This document shows positions 17,712-28,398 of a stretch of DNA of 64,000 nucleotides, one piece after another. This DNA comes from an uncultured Methylomirabilota bacterium (GTDB lineage Bacteria; Methylomirabilota; Methylomirabilia; Methylomirabilales; 2-02-FULL-66-22). The DNA lies in the NCBI GenBank assembly GCA_963705305.1, contig OY970067.1, positions 640,001-704,000 of the forward strand. The letters are read 5' to 3'. How positions within the stretch are numbered: the first letter of the stretch is position 1; every line of letters begins with the position of its first letter. The translations under genes and the position numbers were made by a program. Below the pieces are notes generated by a model, which was not told where the DNA came from, did no database searches, and worked only from the letters and a program-made list of their open reading frames with translations.

Positions 17712-18737
17712 CTACCGGATCAGCGATCGGGCCGCAGCGACGATGTCCTCGACCCCGGGAACGGCCTTCTTCTCGAGGGTCTCGTTGAAAGCGATGGGAA
17801 CATTCATTCCCGCCACCCGCTTGATGGGAGCGTCCAGGTAGTCGAGGGCCTCCTCGGCGACGATGGAGGCGATCTCGGCGCCGAATCCGGCGCGCTTGAC
17901 CGCCTCGTGCACGATGACCAGGCGTCCCGTCTTCTTGACCGACTCGATGATCGCCGCCTTGTCCAGCGGGACCAGGGTGCGCGGGTCCACCACCTCGGCC
18001 TCGATGCGCTCCTTCGCCAGCGCCTCGGCGGCGGACAGCGCCCGACTGACCATCAGGCCGGTGGCCACGATGGTCACGTCCGTGCCCGCCCGCTTCACGT
18101 CGGCCACCCCGAAGGGGATCGTGTACTGCGCCTCGGGGACCGGACCCCGGGTCGGGTAGAGGAGTTTATGCTCCAGGACCATGACCGGGTTGGGATCCCG
18201 CAGGGCCGTCACCAGCAGACCCTTGGCATCCGCCGGGGTCGAGGGCATGGCGACCAGCAGGCCGGGGACATGGGCAAACCAGGCCTCCAGGCTCTGCGAG
18301 TGCTGCGAGGCCAGCTTCAGCCCGGACCCATACGGCGTCCGGATGACCAACGGTACCTGGGCTTTGCCTCCCAGCATGAACCGGATCTTGGCCGCCTGGT
18401 TCACGATCTGGTCCATGGCGCAGGCGGTGAAATCCATGAACTGGATCTCCACCATGGGCCGCATGCCCGTGATGGCCGCGCCCACGCCCGCCCCGATCAG
18501 CGCCGCTTCGGAGATGGGCGTGTCCCGCACGCGCTCCGGACCGAACTCCTCCAGCAGGCCCTTGGTGCCTCCGAACAGTCCGCCGAAGAGGCCCACATCC
18601 TCGCCCATCACGAACACCCGGGGGTCCTGCCGCATCTCCGCCCGGAGGGCCTCGGCGATGGCCTCTGCGTAGGTGATCTCGCGCTCGGCGTCCGCCGGTG
18701 CAGCCCCTGCCGAACCCCCCTGCGTCTGGTGGCTCAT
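17712..18737 (-). CDS. TPP-dependent 2-oxoacid/acetoin dehydrogenase E1 beta subunit
   Basis: [37 protein letters not shown] motifs; ATGA overlap with the alpha subunit. Confidence 0.93.
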   Translation of the reverse strand: MSHQTQGGSAGAAPADAEREITYAEAIAEALRAEMRQDPRVFVMGEDVGLFGGLFGGTKGLLEEFGPERVRDTPISEAALIGAGVGAAITGMRPMVEIQFMDFTACAMDQIVNQAAKIRFMLGGKAQVPLVIRTPYGSGLKLASQHSQSLEAWFAHVPGLLVAMPSTPADAKGLLVTALRDPNPVMVLEHKLLYPTRGPVPEAQYTIPFGVADVKRAGTDVTIVATGLMVSRALSAAEALAKERIEAEVVDPRTLVPLDKAAIIESVKKTGRLVIVHEAVKRAGFGAEIASIVAEEALDYLDAPIKRVAGMNVPIAFNETLEKKAVPGVEDIVAAARSLIR

Positions 18738-19777
18738 TCGACCAGCCTCCCTGCGTAGATGTCCGTCTCCAGCTCTTCCAGCGGCGGCTCCGGGCTGTTC
18801 AGGGCGAAGGCCAGCGAATCCTCGACCTCTTGCGCGGCCGCCGCCTCGACGGCGGAGAACCCGGCATCGTCCAGCAGCCCCTCTTTGGCGAGCCGCCCCC
18901 GCAGCCGGGCGATGGGGCACTTGGCGCGCCAGGCCGCCTCTTCGTCCGCCGGCCGGTCCGGCCCCTTGACGCGGAGACTATGCTGCAGCCAGCGATAGGT
19001 CTTGCACTCCAGCAGGGTGGGCCCCTTGCCCTTCCTGGCCCGCTCCACGGCCCGCCGGGTGGCTTCATAGACCGCCAGGACGTCGTTCCCGTCCACGACC
19101 TCCCCCGGCATCCCGTACCCGGCGGCCCGCAGGGCGATGTCCGGGGCCCGCACCGCCTTGGCGTACGGCATGGAGAGGGCGTACTGGTTGTTCTCGCAGA
19201 GGAAGATGGCCGGCAGCTGCCAGGTGGCGGCCAGGTTCATAGCTTCGTGGGTGATCCCGGTGTTGGCGGCCCCGTCGCCGAAGAACCCCAGACTCACCTG
19301 GTCCGTCCCCCGCAGCGCGGCGGACAGGGCCGCGCCCGCCGTGATCCCCATGCCGCCTCCCACGATGCCGTTGCACCCCAGCATCCCCAGGTCCAGGTCG
19401 GCGATGTGCATGGAGCCGCCCTTCCCCTTGCAGTAGCCGGTGTGCCGGCCCAGCAGCTCCGCCATCATCCGGTTCATGTCGGCGCCCTTGGCCAGGGCAT
19501 GGCCGTGGCCCCGATGGGTGCTGGCGATGTAGTCGTCGGGGCGCAGCGCTGCGCAGGCGCCGGCCGCCACGGCCTCCTCGCCGACGTAGGGGTGAAGGGT
19601 CCCCTTGATCACGAAGGTGCGCACTAACTCGGCCAGCTTCATCTCGAAGGCCCGGATCCGGACCATCATCGTGAGCAGGGCGATGCGGTCCGGCAGGCCG
19701 GCCCCGGCGGGCGCGGATCGGGCCCGCGAGGGCACCGTCGGCTTGCTGGCTTGCTTCCTGCTCTTGGCTGTTGACAT
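18734..19777 (-). CDS. TPP-dependent 2-oxoacid/acetoin dehydrogenase E1 alpha subunit
   Basis: [19 protein letters not shown]...ENN TPP motif, DGNDV. Confidence 0.93.
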   Translation of the reverse strand: MSTAKSRKQASKPTVPSRARSAPAGAGLPDRIALLTMMVRIRAFEMKLAELVRTFVIKGTLHPYVGEEAVAAGACAALRPDDYIASTHRGHGHALAKGADMNRMMAELLGRHTGYCKGKGGSMHIADLDLGMLGCNGIVGGGMGITAGAALSAALRGTDQVSLGFFGDGAANTGITHEAMNLAATWQLPAIFLCENNQYALSMPYAKAVRAPDIALRAAGYGMPGEVVDGNDVLAVYEATRRAVERARKGKGPTLLECKTYRWLQHSLRVKGPDRPADEEAAWRAKCPIARLRGRLAKEGLLDDAGFSAVEAAAAQEVEDSLAFALNSPEPPLEELETDIYAGRLVE

Positions 19778-19876
19778 CGCCACCCCCACCCTCTCCGGAA
19801 CAATTCCCCGGACGCACGCGCCGCAGGCCGCCGGGGGATTCGGCCCGTCGTCCCCTGGACGCCGGGAATCCTGGCC

Positions 19877-21043
19877 TCAGCCGTGCCGGTACACCACCTC
19901 ACCCATCACGACGGTGGCCAGCACACTGAGCGGCGGGCCTTCTTCCAGCACGACCAGATCTGCGATCTCACCGGGCGCCACACCGGCCCCCAGTCCCGGG
20001 AACAGCCGGCGGGGCTGCCGGGTGGCCAGGCGAACAGCCTCGGGCAGGCGCAGGCCGGCGAACCGGGCAACGTTCTCGATGGCCCGGTCCATGGTCAGGG
20101 ACGACCCGGCGAGATAGGGGGTGCCGGGCAGCCGGACGTAGCCGTCCAGCCCGACCTCCGCCAAGACCTCTCCCAGCCGGTAGGTCCCGGGCGGCGCCGC
20201 GGCCGCCGCCATGGCGTCCGTCACCAGAACCACCCGCTCCGTCCCCTTGCAGCGGATCATGTTCTTCACCACATAATCGGGCAGATGGTGCCCGTCCGCG
20301 ATCAGGGTCGCCATGAGGGCATCCATCGCCAGCTGCTTCTGGATGTAGTTCCGGTGGCGCGGCAGCAGCACATGGGATCCGTTTCCCAGGTGGATGGAGA
20401 CCTGTGCCCCCGCCGCCACTGCCTGATCGATGTCGGCCGTCGAGGCGTCCGTGTGGCCGATCCCGACCACGATCCCCGCGTCTCGCAGCTGCCAGATTAG
20501 GCCGATGGCTCCGGGTCGCTCTGGGGCCAGCGTCGTCAGCCGGATGAGACCCTCGGCCGCCTCCTGGAGCCCCCGGAACACATCCCAGTCCGGATCCAGG
20601 ACGGCCAGGGCGGGATGCGCGCCGCGCGGCCCGTCTTCAGGGGCCAGGAATGGACCCTCCAGATGGATGCCCGGAATGCCATGGGCCAGGGCGGCGTCCT
20701 GCTGCCGGGCGCGGGCAATGGCGCGCAAGGCGTCCCGCATCGCCGGCAGCGGCGCCGTCATCACGGTCGGGAAGAAGCGCGTCACGCCGTGGCGCCACAT
20801 GGTGCGCATGGCGTGCTGCAGCTCGTCGGCGGTCAGCGCAGGCCGGTTGAAGTCCACGCCGGCAAAGCCGTTCACTTGCAGATCCAGGAATCCCTCGCTT
20901 ACAACAGCGGTCGGGCTGCCCAGGACGGGGCCGGCATCACCCTGCGCTGGTCGAATCTCGTGGATCCGTCCATCCTCGATCGCCACGTCGATCGGATCCC
21001 CGGCACCCTCCAGCCGTCCCCGCACGATCAAGGGCGTGCTCAT
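19877..21043 (-). CDS. nagA: N-acetylglucosamine-6-phosphate deacetylase family amidohydrolase
   Basis: DLQVNGFAG, HLEGPF, GAH, TLAPE, GHT, HLGNG, IADGHH, VTDA, LAGS motifs. Confidence 0.85.
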   Translation of the reverse strand: MSTPLIVRGRLEGAGDPIDVAIEDGRIHEIRPAQGDAGPVLGSPTAVVSEGFLDLQVNGFAGVDFNRPALTADELQHAMRTMWRHGVTRFFPTVMTAPLPAMRDALRAIARARQQDAALAHGIPGIHLEGPFLAPEDGPRGAHPALAVLDPDWDVFRGLQEAAEGLIRLTTLAPERPGAIGLIWQLRDAGIVVGIGHTDASTADIDQAVAAGAQVSIHLGNGSHVLLPRHRNYIQKQLAMDALMATLIADGHHLPDYVVKNMIRCKGTERVVLVTDAMAAAAAPPGTYRLGEVLAEVGLDGYVRLPGTPYLAGSSLTMDRAIENVARFAGLRLPEAVRLATRQPRRLFPGLGAGVAPGEIADLVVLEEGPPLSVLATVVMGEVVYRHG

Positions 21044-21217
21044 CGGCGCCCTCCTCGCAACGCTCACGCCTGCGCGCATCCACAGGTGGAGCACCCATAT
21101 ATCTCATTCTACTCTCGATCCACGACGGGAGCCACGCAGAAAATTCCAGAGGGGAACGGCAGGGCGGGAACCGGCCTTGGCAGGAATACGGCAATGAAGG
21201 ATGAGGCGGTGGCCTGC

Positions 21218-22318
21218 TTACGGCGTCTTTTTCGCGGCTCCCATCAGGGTCCCCTTTTCCACCATGATGTGGATCGAGGCCTGGCTCCGCAGTTCGGCCA
21301 GCCAGTCTTTCCGCTTGGCCTCGAACTTTTCCCTAAAGATCTCGTCGCGGATCGTATCCCGGACCTCAGCAAGGGGCGCCACCGTCTCCAGGTGGACCGC
21401 CTCGACTTTGATGATGTTCCAGCCCGCCGCGGTCCGGATGAGGCCGCTGACGCCTCCGACCGGCAATCCGAATGCGGCGCTCTCGATCTCCGCCGCCAGA
21501 TCACCGCGATGGACGATCCCCAGGTCTCCTCCCCGGTCCTTGGTCGGGCTGTCCGAATACTCCTGGGCGACCTTGGCGAAATCCTGCCCCGCCCGGATCT
21601 TGGCCAGGGCTTCCTCCCCCCGAGCTTTGGCCTTGGCCTCGTCGGTGTCGGGAGTCACGGCGATGAGGATGTGCTGAATGTGGACGCTCGGCGTGCGGGC
21701 GAACTTGTCCTGATGCGCCTCGTAATACTTCTTCACCTCGTCCTCGGAGATGATGATGGACGATCGCACCTGGTGGGCCAGCAGTCGCCCGATGGCCAAT
21801 CGTTCGCCGATGCTGCGCTGGATCTGCTCCAGCGTGAGGCCCTCGGCCCGCAGCGAGGCGCGGAACTGGGCGTCGTCTTTGATATTGTTGTTGCGCTTCA
21901 GCTCGTCAATGGCGCCCTGAACCTCCGCCGAGGAGGGGAGCGTGCCCTCCCGCTTCGCCACCTGGTACATGAGTCGCCGGTCGATCAGATCGTCCAGGAC
22001 CTTCTTCTCCGCCTCCTCGACCTGCCGCTCTCGCTCCGTCCCCACAAAATCCTGGAAGATCTTGCGGATCACCGGCTGCCCGTCCTCTTGCACCTCGCTC
22101 AGCGTGATGGCCTCGTCGTTGACCGAGGCCACCACGCGGTCCAGGATCATTCCCTGGGGTGCCGTGTCTGCCGCGGGCTTCGAGACGTTATGCGGGGCCG
22201 CCGGGATGTTGGTCGGGACCAGCGGAGCGGCCCCTTCGCCGGAGGCGCTCTGGGCCGACGCGTGCCCGACCGTCAAGAGCAGGATGGCCACGACGGCGGC
22301 GAGGCCGAAGCGCTTCAT
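21218..22318 (-). CDS. SurA-like periplasmic peptidyl-prolyl isomerase
   Basis: Signal peptide, DRVVASVNDEAIT SurA N-domain, parvulin domain (HILI, FAKVAQEYSD, GGDLG). Confidence 0.88.
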   Translation of the reverse strand: MKRFGLAAVVAILLLTVGHASAQSASGEGAAPLVPTNIPAAPHNVSKPAADTAPQGMILDRVVASVNDEAITLSEVQEDGQPVIRKIFQDFVGTERERQVEEAEKKVLDDLIDRRLMYQVAKREGTLPSSAEVQGAIDELKRNNNIKDDAQFRASLRAEGLTLEQIQRSIGERLAIGRLLAHQVRSSIIISEDEVKKYYEAHQDKFARTPSVHIQHILIAVTPDTDEAKAKARGEEALAKIRAGQDFAKVAQEYSDSPTKDRGGDLGIVHRGDLAAEIESAAFGLPVGGVSGLIRTAAGWNIIKVEAVHLETVAPLAEVRDTIRDEIFREKFEAKRKDWLAELRSQASIHIMVEKGTLMGAAKKTP

Positions 22319-23232
22319 GGCGTGGTTCCCCCCGGAGGGGTGCCGGGAGCTGCCGGTGCGCCGAAGTTCCCCAGGGGCAGCAGGGCGTCGTTGCGGGTGA
22401 TCTTGGCGGCGCCCTCCAGCTGCTTCATCCAGGACTGGAATCGCTCCCCTTGCTTCTCCTCCAGCAGCCGCTGGCGGATCTGATCCTTCACCTGCTCGTA
22501 CGCGAGCGGCTGCCCCTTCTGCCGGTCCACCAGCTTGATCACGTGAAAGCCGAAGGGCGTTTTGACCACATCGCTCACCTCGCCCGGCTTGAGGGCAAAG
22601 GCGGCCTTGGCAAACTCCGGAACCATCTGTCCCCACGAGAAATATCCCAGATCTCCGCCCCGAGAGGCGCTGCCGGTATCCTTGGAGAGGGTCTTGGCCA
22701 GCTCCTCGAAGGGCTCGTTCTTATGGAGGCGGTCCAACACGACCTTGGCCTCTTCCTCGGTCGGAACCAGGATGTGCCGGGCCCGAACCTTGTCTCCCGA
22801 GAACTCGTCCGGATGGCTCTGGTAATAGGCCTGGACCTCGGCCTCCTCCACCTTGACCTTGCCTACGATCTCGGACTGAATGACGCTGCGGACCAAGAGG
22901 TCCCGCCGGAAGGCTGCCAGCTGCTCCGCCACGTCGGGCTGATCGCCGATCTTCTGCTTTTCCGCCTCCTGCAGGAGGAGTTCGCGCCGGACGATGCGCT
23001 CCAGGATCTGCGCCTGCCCCTCCTTGGTGGCCAGCAGAGACCGCATCTCCTGCGGCATGCGGGGCAGTTCGCGCAGGATCTCCTTCTCCACCTCGCCCGT
23101 GGTGTAGGCCCGATCGTTGACCTTGAGCACCACCGGGCCGGTGGCCCCTTCCTTGGCGGTTCCCCTGCCGCAGGCCGCCAGGGCCAGCACGCATCCGGCC
23201 AGCGCCACACGTCTCCATCCCATGATCTTCAC
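22315..23232 (-). CDS. PpiC/PrsA-like foldase lipoprotein
   Basis: Lipobox LAAC; RARHILV, GGDLGYF, MVPEF, TPFGFHVIK motifs. Confidence 0.9.
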   Translation of the reverse strand: MKIMGWRRVALAGCVLALAACGRGTAKEGATGPVVLKVNDRAYTTGEVEKEILRELPRMPQEMRSLLATKEGQAQILERIVRRELLLQEAEKQKIGDQPDVAEQLAAFRRDLLVRSVIQSEIVGKVKVEEAEVQAYYQSHPDEFSGDKVRARHILVPTEEEAKVVLDRLHKNEPFEELAKTLSKDTGSASRGGDLGYFSWGQMVPEFAKAAFALKPGEVSDVVKTPFGFHVIKLVDRQKGQPLAYEQVKDQIRQRLLEEKQGERFQSWMKQLEGAAKITRNDALLPLGNFGAPAAPGTPPGGTTP

Positions 23233-23282
23233 GTCTTGCTCCTTGCCGCGAGAATGGAAAAGCCCGTATTTTCACAGGAAAA

Positions 23283-26200
23283 TCAGGAAACGGTAACACC
23301 CATTGTGAGCCTTTGCAAGAGCTTTTTGGCCGCGGCGAGAAGCGCATCCGGACTGGATCCGCCAGCCCGGTATTCCAGGGTATCCTCCGGGATGTAGCGA
23401 AGCCGTCCCCGTTCCTCCCGGAGCAGGGACAGGATGGTTTCCCCGGCCACCGGCGGTTGCGGCCCGAACACCACGCGCACGGCCCCGCGGCGGGCATCCA
23501 CCTCCCGGATCCGCAGGGCCCGCGCCTGGATCTTCAGCTCCACCACCCTGAGCAGCCACTGGACCTCCGGCGGAAGGGGCCCGAAGCGGTCCGCCAACTC
23601 CTCCGCATAGTCCCGGAGGCGGTCGGCGTCGGTGATGGCCGCCAGCCGCTTGTAGAGGTTCAGGCGCAGTGCCGGATCAGCCACATAGGCTTCCGGCAGA
23701 TACCCCTCCGCCTGCAGGCGGATGGTGGGATCGATTGCCGGCTCCTGGACCTCCCCCTTCAGCTCGCGGACCGTCTCCTGGATCAGCTGCATGTACAGGT
23801 CGAAGCCCACGGCTGCGATGTGGCCCGACTGCTCGGCTCCCAGCAGATTCCCCGCCCCGCGGATCTCGAGGTCCCGCGCCGCGATCTTGAACCCGGAGCC
23901 CAGTTCGGTCAGTTCTGCCAGGACCTGCAGGCGCTTGCGCGCCACCTCGGTCATCCCCCCCTCCGCCGGGATCAACAGGTAGGCATAGGCCCGGTACCGG
24001 TCCCGGCCCACTCGGCCGCGCAGCTGATAGAGCTGGGCCAGGCCCAGGGTATCGGCGCGGTCGATGATGATGGTGTTCGCCGAGGGGACATCCAGTCCGG
24101 ACTCGATGATGGTGGTGCAGATCAGGACGTCCACCCGCTTGAGGTAGAAGTCCACCATCACCTTCTCCAGGGCCGCGTCGCTCTCCTGTCCGTGGGCCAC
24201 GGCGAAGCGGCCCTCCGGAACGAGCTGTTTCAGCCGCCGGGCCGCCGCGTGGATGCTCTCCACCCGGTTGTGGACGAAGAAGACCTGCCCCCCGCGCCGG
24301 AGCTCCTGCCGGATGGCCTCGGCGATGACCTCGGGGTCGTAGGGGGTGACGTAGGTCCGGATGGCCAGCCGTTCCTCCGGCGGGGTCTCGATGGTGCTGA
24401 TGTCCCGCACCCCCAGCATGGTCATGTGCAGGGTCCGGGGGATGGGCGTGGCGGTGAGCGTGAGGACGTCCACCTCCCGCTTGAGCTGCTTGAGGGTCTC
24501 CTTGGCGGCCACGCCGAACCGCTGCTCCTCATCCACGACCAGAAGCCCCAGGCGCTGGAACTGCACGTCCTTCTGCAGCAGCCGGTGTGTGCCGATGACG
24601 ATGTCCAGTGTGCCGTCCGCCAGCGCCCGAAGCACCCGTTGCCGTTCGGCCGGCGGGCGAAAGCGCGACAGCATCTCGACCTGCACCGGAAAGCTGGAGA
24701 AGCGGGCGCTGAAGGTCTGGTGGTGCTGCATGGCCAGGACCGTGGTGGGCACCAGGACGGCCACCTGCTTGCCGTCCATCACCGTCTTGAAGGCGGCTCG
24801 CAGGGCGACCTCGGTCTTGCCGTAGCCCACGTCCCCGCACACCAGGCGGTCCATGGGCCGGGCGCGCTCCATGTCGCGCTTGACATCGGCGATGGCGCAC
24901 AGCTGGTCGGGCGTCTCCTCGTAGGGAAACGCCGCCTCGAACTCCTTCTGGTACGGGGCGTCTGGCGCAAACGCATGTCCGGCCAGGATCTCGCGCGTGG
25001 CGTAGAGCCGGAGCAGCTCGCCTGCCATCTCGCGGACGCTCGCCCGCACCCGCTCCTTGGCCCTGGCCCAGGTAGTCCCGCCCAGCCGATCCAGGGGCGG
25101 TCCCGCGGCGGCGTCCCCTCCCACGTAGCGCTGGACCAGGTGCAGCTTGGAGACCGGAACGTACAGCGTGTCCGAGCCGGCGTACTGGAGGTGGAGAAAA
25201 TCCCCCTCGGAACCCCCCGCCGTGAGCTGGCGCAGGCCCAGGTACCGGGCGATGCCATGATCCACGTGGACCACGTAATCGCCCGCCCGGAGGTCCTCGA
25301 AGGAGGTGAAGGGCAGGGCTTCCTTGGGTCGGGCGCGCCGCCGGGGCAGGGCCCGGGCGCCGAAGATCTCCCCCTCCGTGACGAGGCGGAGCGCGGGGAC
25401 CTCCAGGCGGAATCCTCCGCTCAGCTCGCCGGTCCACAGGGCGATGCCGCCCGGCTCCGGCAGCTCCCGCCCCAGACGCGCCCCCAGATCGTGGTCCCGC
25501 AGGATTTCCTGGAGCCGCCGGCCTTGGGCCTCGCTGCGGGCCACCAGGGTGATCCGCTCGCCCCGCGTCCGCCAGCCATCCAGATCCTCCAGGAACGCGC
25601 CGACGCGGCCATGGTAGTTGTCGACGCTCCCTGCGGGAATGGATCGCGCGGGCGGGCCGGAAGAGGATGGGGTGGCCCCCCCCGCGCCCGGCGGCGAGGG
25701 GAAGGGATCCAGGACGATCCCCGGCCAGGCCTCCGCCCCGCGGCGAAACTCCTCCCAGGTGCTCCAGCGCTCCTCCAGCGGCGGGAAGAGTGCCGCCAGA
25801 TCGGGCTCCCGGGTCACCTCGTCCTCCACCTCGCGGAGGACGGCGGCGGCCCGATCGGCCAGTGCCAGCGGCTCATCCCACGCCAGGATGGCTTCGGCCG
25901 GCAGGTAGGCATGCAGCGTCGCCGTCTCGGGTTGGAAGTCCGGGAGGAACGCGTCCCATTCCGGGATCGGCCGCCGCACTTCCAGCGCCTCCAGGAGCGC
26001 CGGCGGGATCCGCACGCCCTGGCGGCGGGCGACCTGCTGCAGGCGCTGCTCCGCCCGCGCGGCCGCCGCCTCGGTCATGATCACCTCCTGCAGGGGCAGC
26101 AGGGTCACCAGGGAGACGGGATGGAGCGACCGCTGGGTCTCCGGGTCGAAGCTGCGCAGGGACTGGACCTCATCCCCGAAGAATTCCACGCGCGCAGGCT

Positions 26201-26732
26201 GGCGGAGCTGGGGCGGAAAGCAGTCCAGCATGCCGCCGCGGACGGCGAACTCTCCCGGATCCGTCACCTGGGCCACGGCGCGATACCCGCCGGAGGCCAG
26301 CGTGCGCAGGAGGTCGTCGCGGGCGATGATCCGCCGGGGATACAGCGAGATGACGGCCGCCTCTAACACTGCCGGAGGGATCGTGCGGGGAAGCGCCGCC
26401 GCCACGGAGGCGACCAGAACGACGGCCTGGCCGTTCCGGAAACGTGAAAGCGCCGCCACCCGCCCCGCCCGCGCCTCGAGGTCGGCCTCGCGCTCGGGCA
26501 GGAGGGCCACCTCGCTCCCCAGGAAGAAGGTCAGGTCCCCGGCCAGGGCCGTCGCAACCTCGTCGGTCCGGCAGACGACCAGGATCGGCCGCCGCGTCCC
26601 GCTGCGGCATGCGGCCAGGGCCAGGGCCCGCGCCGGTCCGTGCAGCCCGGACAGCCGGACCGTGGCGGGGGCCGTGAGGTCCTCGAAGAGCTCGCCCAGC
26701 GCACACTCGCGCCAGAGAAATTCTGCCAGCAT
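23283..26732 (-). CDS. mfd: Transcription-repair coupling factor
   Basis: UvrB-like N-terminus, RID (VVHVDHGI), GDVGYGKT, DEEQRFG, QLRGRVGR, TRCF C-terminus. Confidence 0.97.
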   Translation of the reverse strand: MLAEFLWRECALGELFEDLTAPATVRLSGLHGPARALALAACRSGTRRPILVVCRTDEVATALAGDLTFFLGSEVALLPEREADLEARAGRVAALSRFRNGQAVVLVASVAAALPRTIPPAVLEAAVISLYPRRIIARDDLLRTLASGGYRAVAQVTDPGEFAVRGGMLDCFPPQLRQPARVEFFGDEVQSLRSFDPETQRSLHPVSLVTLLPLQEVIMTEAAAARAEQRLQQVARRQGVRIPPALLEALEVRRPIPEWDAFLPDFQPETATLHAYLPAEAILAWDEPLALADRAAAVLREVEDEVTREPDLAALFPPLEERWSTWEEFRRGAEAWPGIVLDPFPSPPGAGGATPSSSGPPARSIPAGSVDNYHGRVGAFLEDLDGWRTRGERITLVARSEAQGRRLQEILRDHDLGARLGRELPEPGGIALWTGELSGGFRLEVPALRLVTEGEIFGARALPRRRARPKEALPFTSFEDLRAGDYVVHVDHGIARYLGLRQLTAGGSEGDFLHLQYAGSDTLYVPVSKLHLVQRYVGGDAAAGPPLDRLGGTTWARAKERVRASVREMAGELLRLYATREILAGHAFAPDAPYQKEFEAAFPYEETPDQLCAIADVKRDMERARPMDRLVCGDVGYGKTEVALRAAFKTVMDGKQVAVLVPTTVLAMQHHQTFSARFSSFPVQVEMLSRFRPPAERQRVLRALADGTLDIVIGTHRLLQKDVQFQRLGLLVVDEEQRFGVAAKETLKQLKREVDVLTLTATPIPRTLHMTMLGVRDISTIETPPEERLAIRTYVTPYDPEVIAEAIRQELRRGGQVFFVHNRVESIHAAARRLKQLVPEGRFAVAHGQESDAALEKVMVDFYLKRVDVLICTTIIESGLDVPSANTIIIDRADTLGLAQLYQLRGRVGRDRYRAYAYLLIPAEGGMTEVARKRLQVLAELTELGSGFKIAARDLEIRGAGNLLGAEQSGHIAAVGFDLYMQLIQETVRELKGEVQEPAIDPTIRLQAEGYLPEAYVADPALRLNLYKRLAAITDADRLRDYAEELADRFGPLPPEVQWLLRVVELKIQARALRIREVDARRGAVRVVFGPQPPVAGETILSLLREERGRLRYIPEDTLEYRAGGSSPDALLAAAKKLLQRLTMGVTVS

Positions 26733-26789
26733 CTAGACAACCGGGAGATATGGAGCCATGCGAGTCTCGGAGGAGTGCAACGAGCGCGG

Positions 26790-27293
26790 TCAGCGGCGGG
26801 GCGCTGCAGCCGTCGCGATGCGACGGATCAGCGCCGAGGTGGAGGCCCCGCCGAGGTAGCGGAGGCTCCGCACCTGCCCCCCGGCGGCCTGGACGAAGTC
26901 GGCACCGACGATCTGATCCACCGGCCAGTCCCCGCCCTTCACCAGCACGTCCGGCCGCACGGCCCGGATCACGCGCGCCGGATCCAGCTCGTCGAAGATC
27001 AGGACGAGATCCACGGCCCCCAAGGCCGCCAGTACCTCGGCCCGCCGCGCGGCGGGAACCACGGGACGCCCCCGCCCCTTGAGCCGCCGCACGGAGGCGT
27101 CGCTGTTGACGGCCACCACCAACAGGTCGCCCAGGGTCCGGGCACGCTCCAGGTAGCGGGTATGCCCCACATGCAGGAGGTCGAAGCAGCCGTTGGTGAA
27201 GACAACCCGCCGGCCCGCCGCCTGGGCCTGGCGCACAACTCGGACGACACCGGCCAGGGATTTGACCTTTGTTCTGGCCGGTCCGCTGCGCAT
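26790..27293 (-). CDS. rfaE2: D-glycero-beta-D-manno-heptose 1-phosphate adenylyltransferase (RfaE domain II)
   Basis: VFTNGCFDLLHVGH, NSDASVRRLKG, KGGD motifs. Confidence 0.92.
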   Translation of the reverse strand: MRSGPARTKVKSLAGVVRVVRQAQAAGRRVVFTNGCFDLLHVGHTRYLERARTLGDLLVVAVNSDASVRRLKGRGRPVVPAARRAEVLAALGAVDLVLIFDELDPARVIRAVRPDVLVKGGDWPVDQIVGADFVQAAGGQVRSLRYLGGASTSALIRRIATAAAPRR

Positions 27294-27391
27294 CCGACCC
27301 GGCGCTCCGGCCTCACGGGCCGACGGCCCGCGCGCGACACGCGACGGTTCTCGTTCGCGCCGTGACGTTCGATCTCCCCGGGAGGCGGTCC

Positions 27392-28351
27392 TCACCCCTC
27401 CCACCCCTCGACCAACGCCGCGGCCAGCAACGGAATCATCAGCTCGTGATGGCCCGTGAGCGCGTACCCGCGCCCGCCCCGGGCGACCGGCCGTCGCACC
27501 ACGTTCTGGGTGGGGCGGTAGTGCTGGATGAAGTCCAGGTTGAGCGTGACGAAATCCTCCACCCGGTGGCCCAGATTCCGAGCCAGGGTCAGCGCTTTCA
27601 GAAAGATCTCGGGCAGGAGCACCGCCGACCCGACGTTCAGGTACACCCCGCCACCCTCCAGATCCGAGACCACCGCCGCCAGGAGCCGGAAGTCCCGCTC
27701 GGTGGCCGCCCCCACCCGGGCCCCGTCGCAGCTCGGGTGCATGTGGACGATGTCGGTCCCCAAGGCTACGTGGACCGTGCAGGGAAGGTCCAGCTGCGCA
27801 CAGGTGGCAACGATGCTGTGGGAGAGGTGGGGGGGGCGCATGGCGAGGAGTCGCTCCCCCAGGGCCCGCCCGAATCCCAGTTGGCGGGTCGCCCCGTCCG
27901 CCGCCGCCTCGTTCAGGATTCGCCCGGTCTCCTCGGCCATCCCGAACTCTCCGCCGGCCAGCTGGGCTTCCACGTCTTCCGAGGTCATCCCGGCGAACGC
28001 CAGCTCGAAATCATGAACCGCGCCGGCGCCGTTGAGCGCCACCGCGGTGACGACGCCTCGCTTCAGGAGATCCGCGAGGATGGGCGAAAGTCCCACTTTG
28101 ATGACGTGCGCCCCCATAGCCAGGATCACGGGCTTGCCCCGACGCCGCGCCGCGAGGATTGCCTCCACCACCTCGCGGAAGCTCTGCACCCCCAGGTGGT
28201 TGGGCAGGGACTCGAGGTAACTCTTGAAGCTCCCGCCCGCCCGCCAGGGAATGCCCGCATCCTCTATACGCACCTTGCTTGGGCGCGAGGCGAGGGGATA
28301 CGTTCTCACCCCCGCGGGGTCGAGGGGCGCATACTTCCGCGGCGTGTCCAC
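27392..28351 (-). CDS. Conserved hypothetical protein, deoxyhypusine-synthase-like fold
   Basis: MGAHVIKVGL, HDFE, FGMAEETG, GTDIVHMHP, GSAVLLPEIFLKAL motifs; GTG start inferred. Confidence 0.65.
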   Translation of the reverse strand: MDTPRKYAPLDPAGVRTYPLASRPSKVRIEDAGIPWRAGGSFKSYLESLPNHLGVQSFREVVEAILAARRRGKPVILAMGAHVIKVGLSPILADLLKRGVVTAVALNGAGAVHDFELAFAGMTSEDVEAQLAGGEFGMAEETGRILNEAAADGATRQLGFGRALGERLLAMRPPHLSHSIVATCAQLDLPCTVHVALGTDIVHMHPSCDGARVGAATERDFRLLAAVVSDLEGGGVYLNVGSAVLLPEIFLKALTLARNLGHRVEDFVTLNLDFIQHYRPTQNVVRRPVARGGRGYALTGHHELMIPLLAAALVEGWEG

Positions 28352-28398
28352 CCTGGCCTTTCTCCTCTCGGGCCGTGTTTCTCGGCGCCGCGCTGACG

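Noticed and set aside
23313..26366. 1017-aa plus-strand ORF
   Set aside because: Antisense shadow of mfd.
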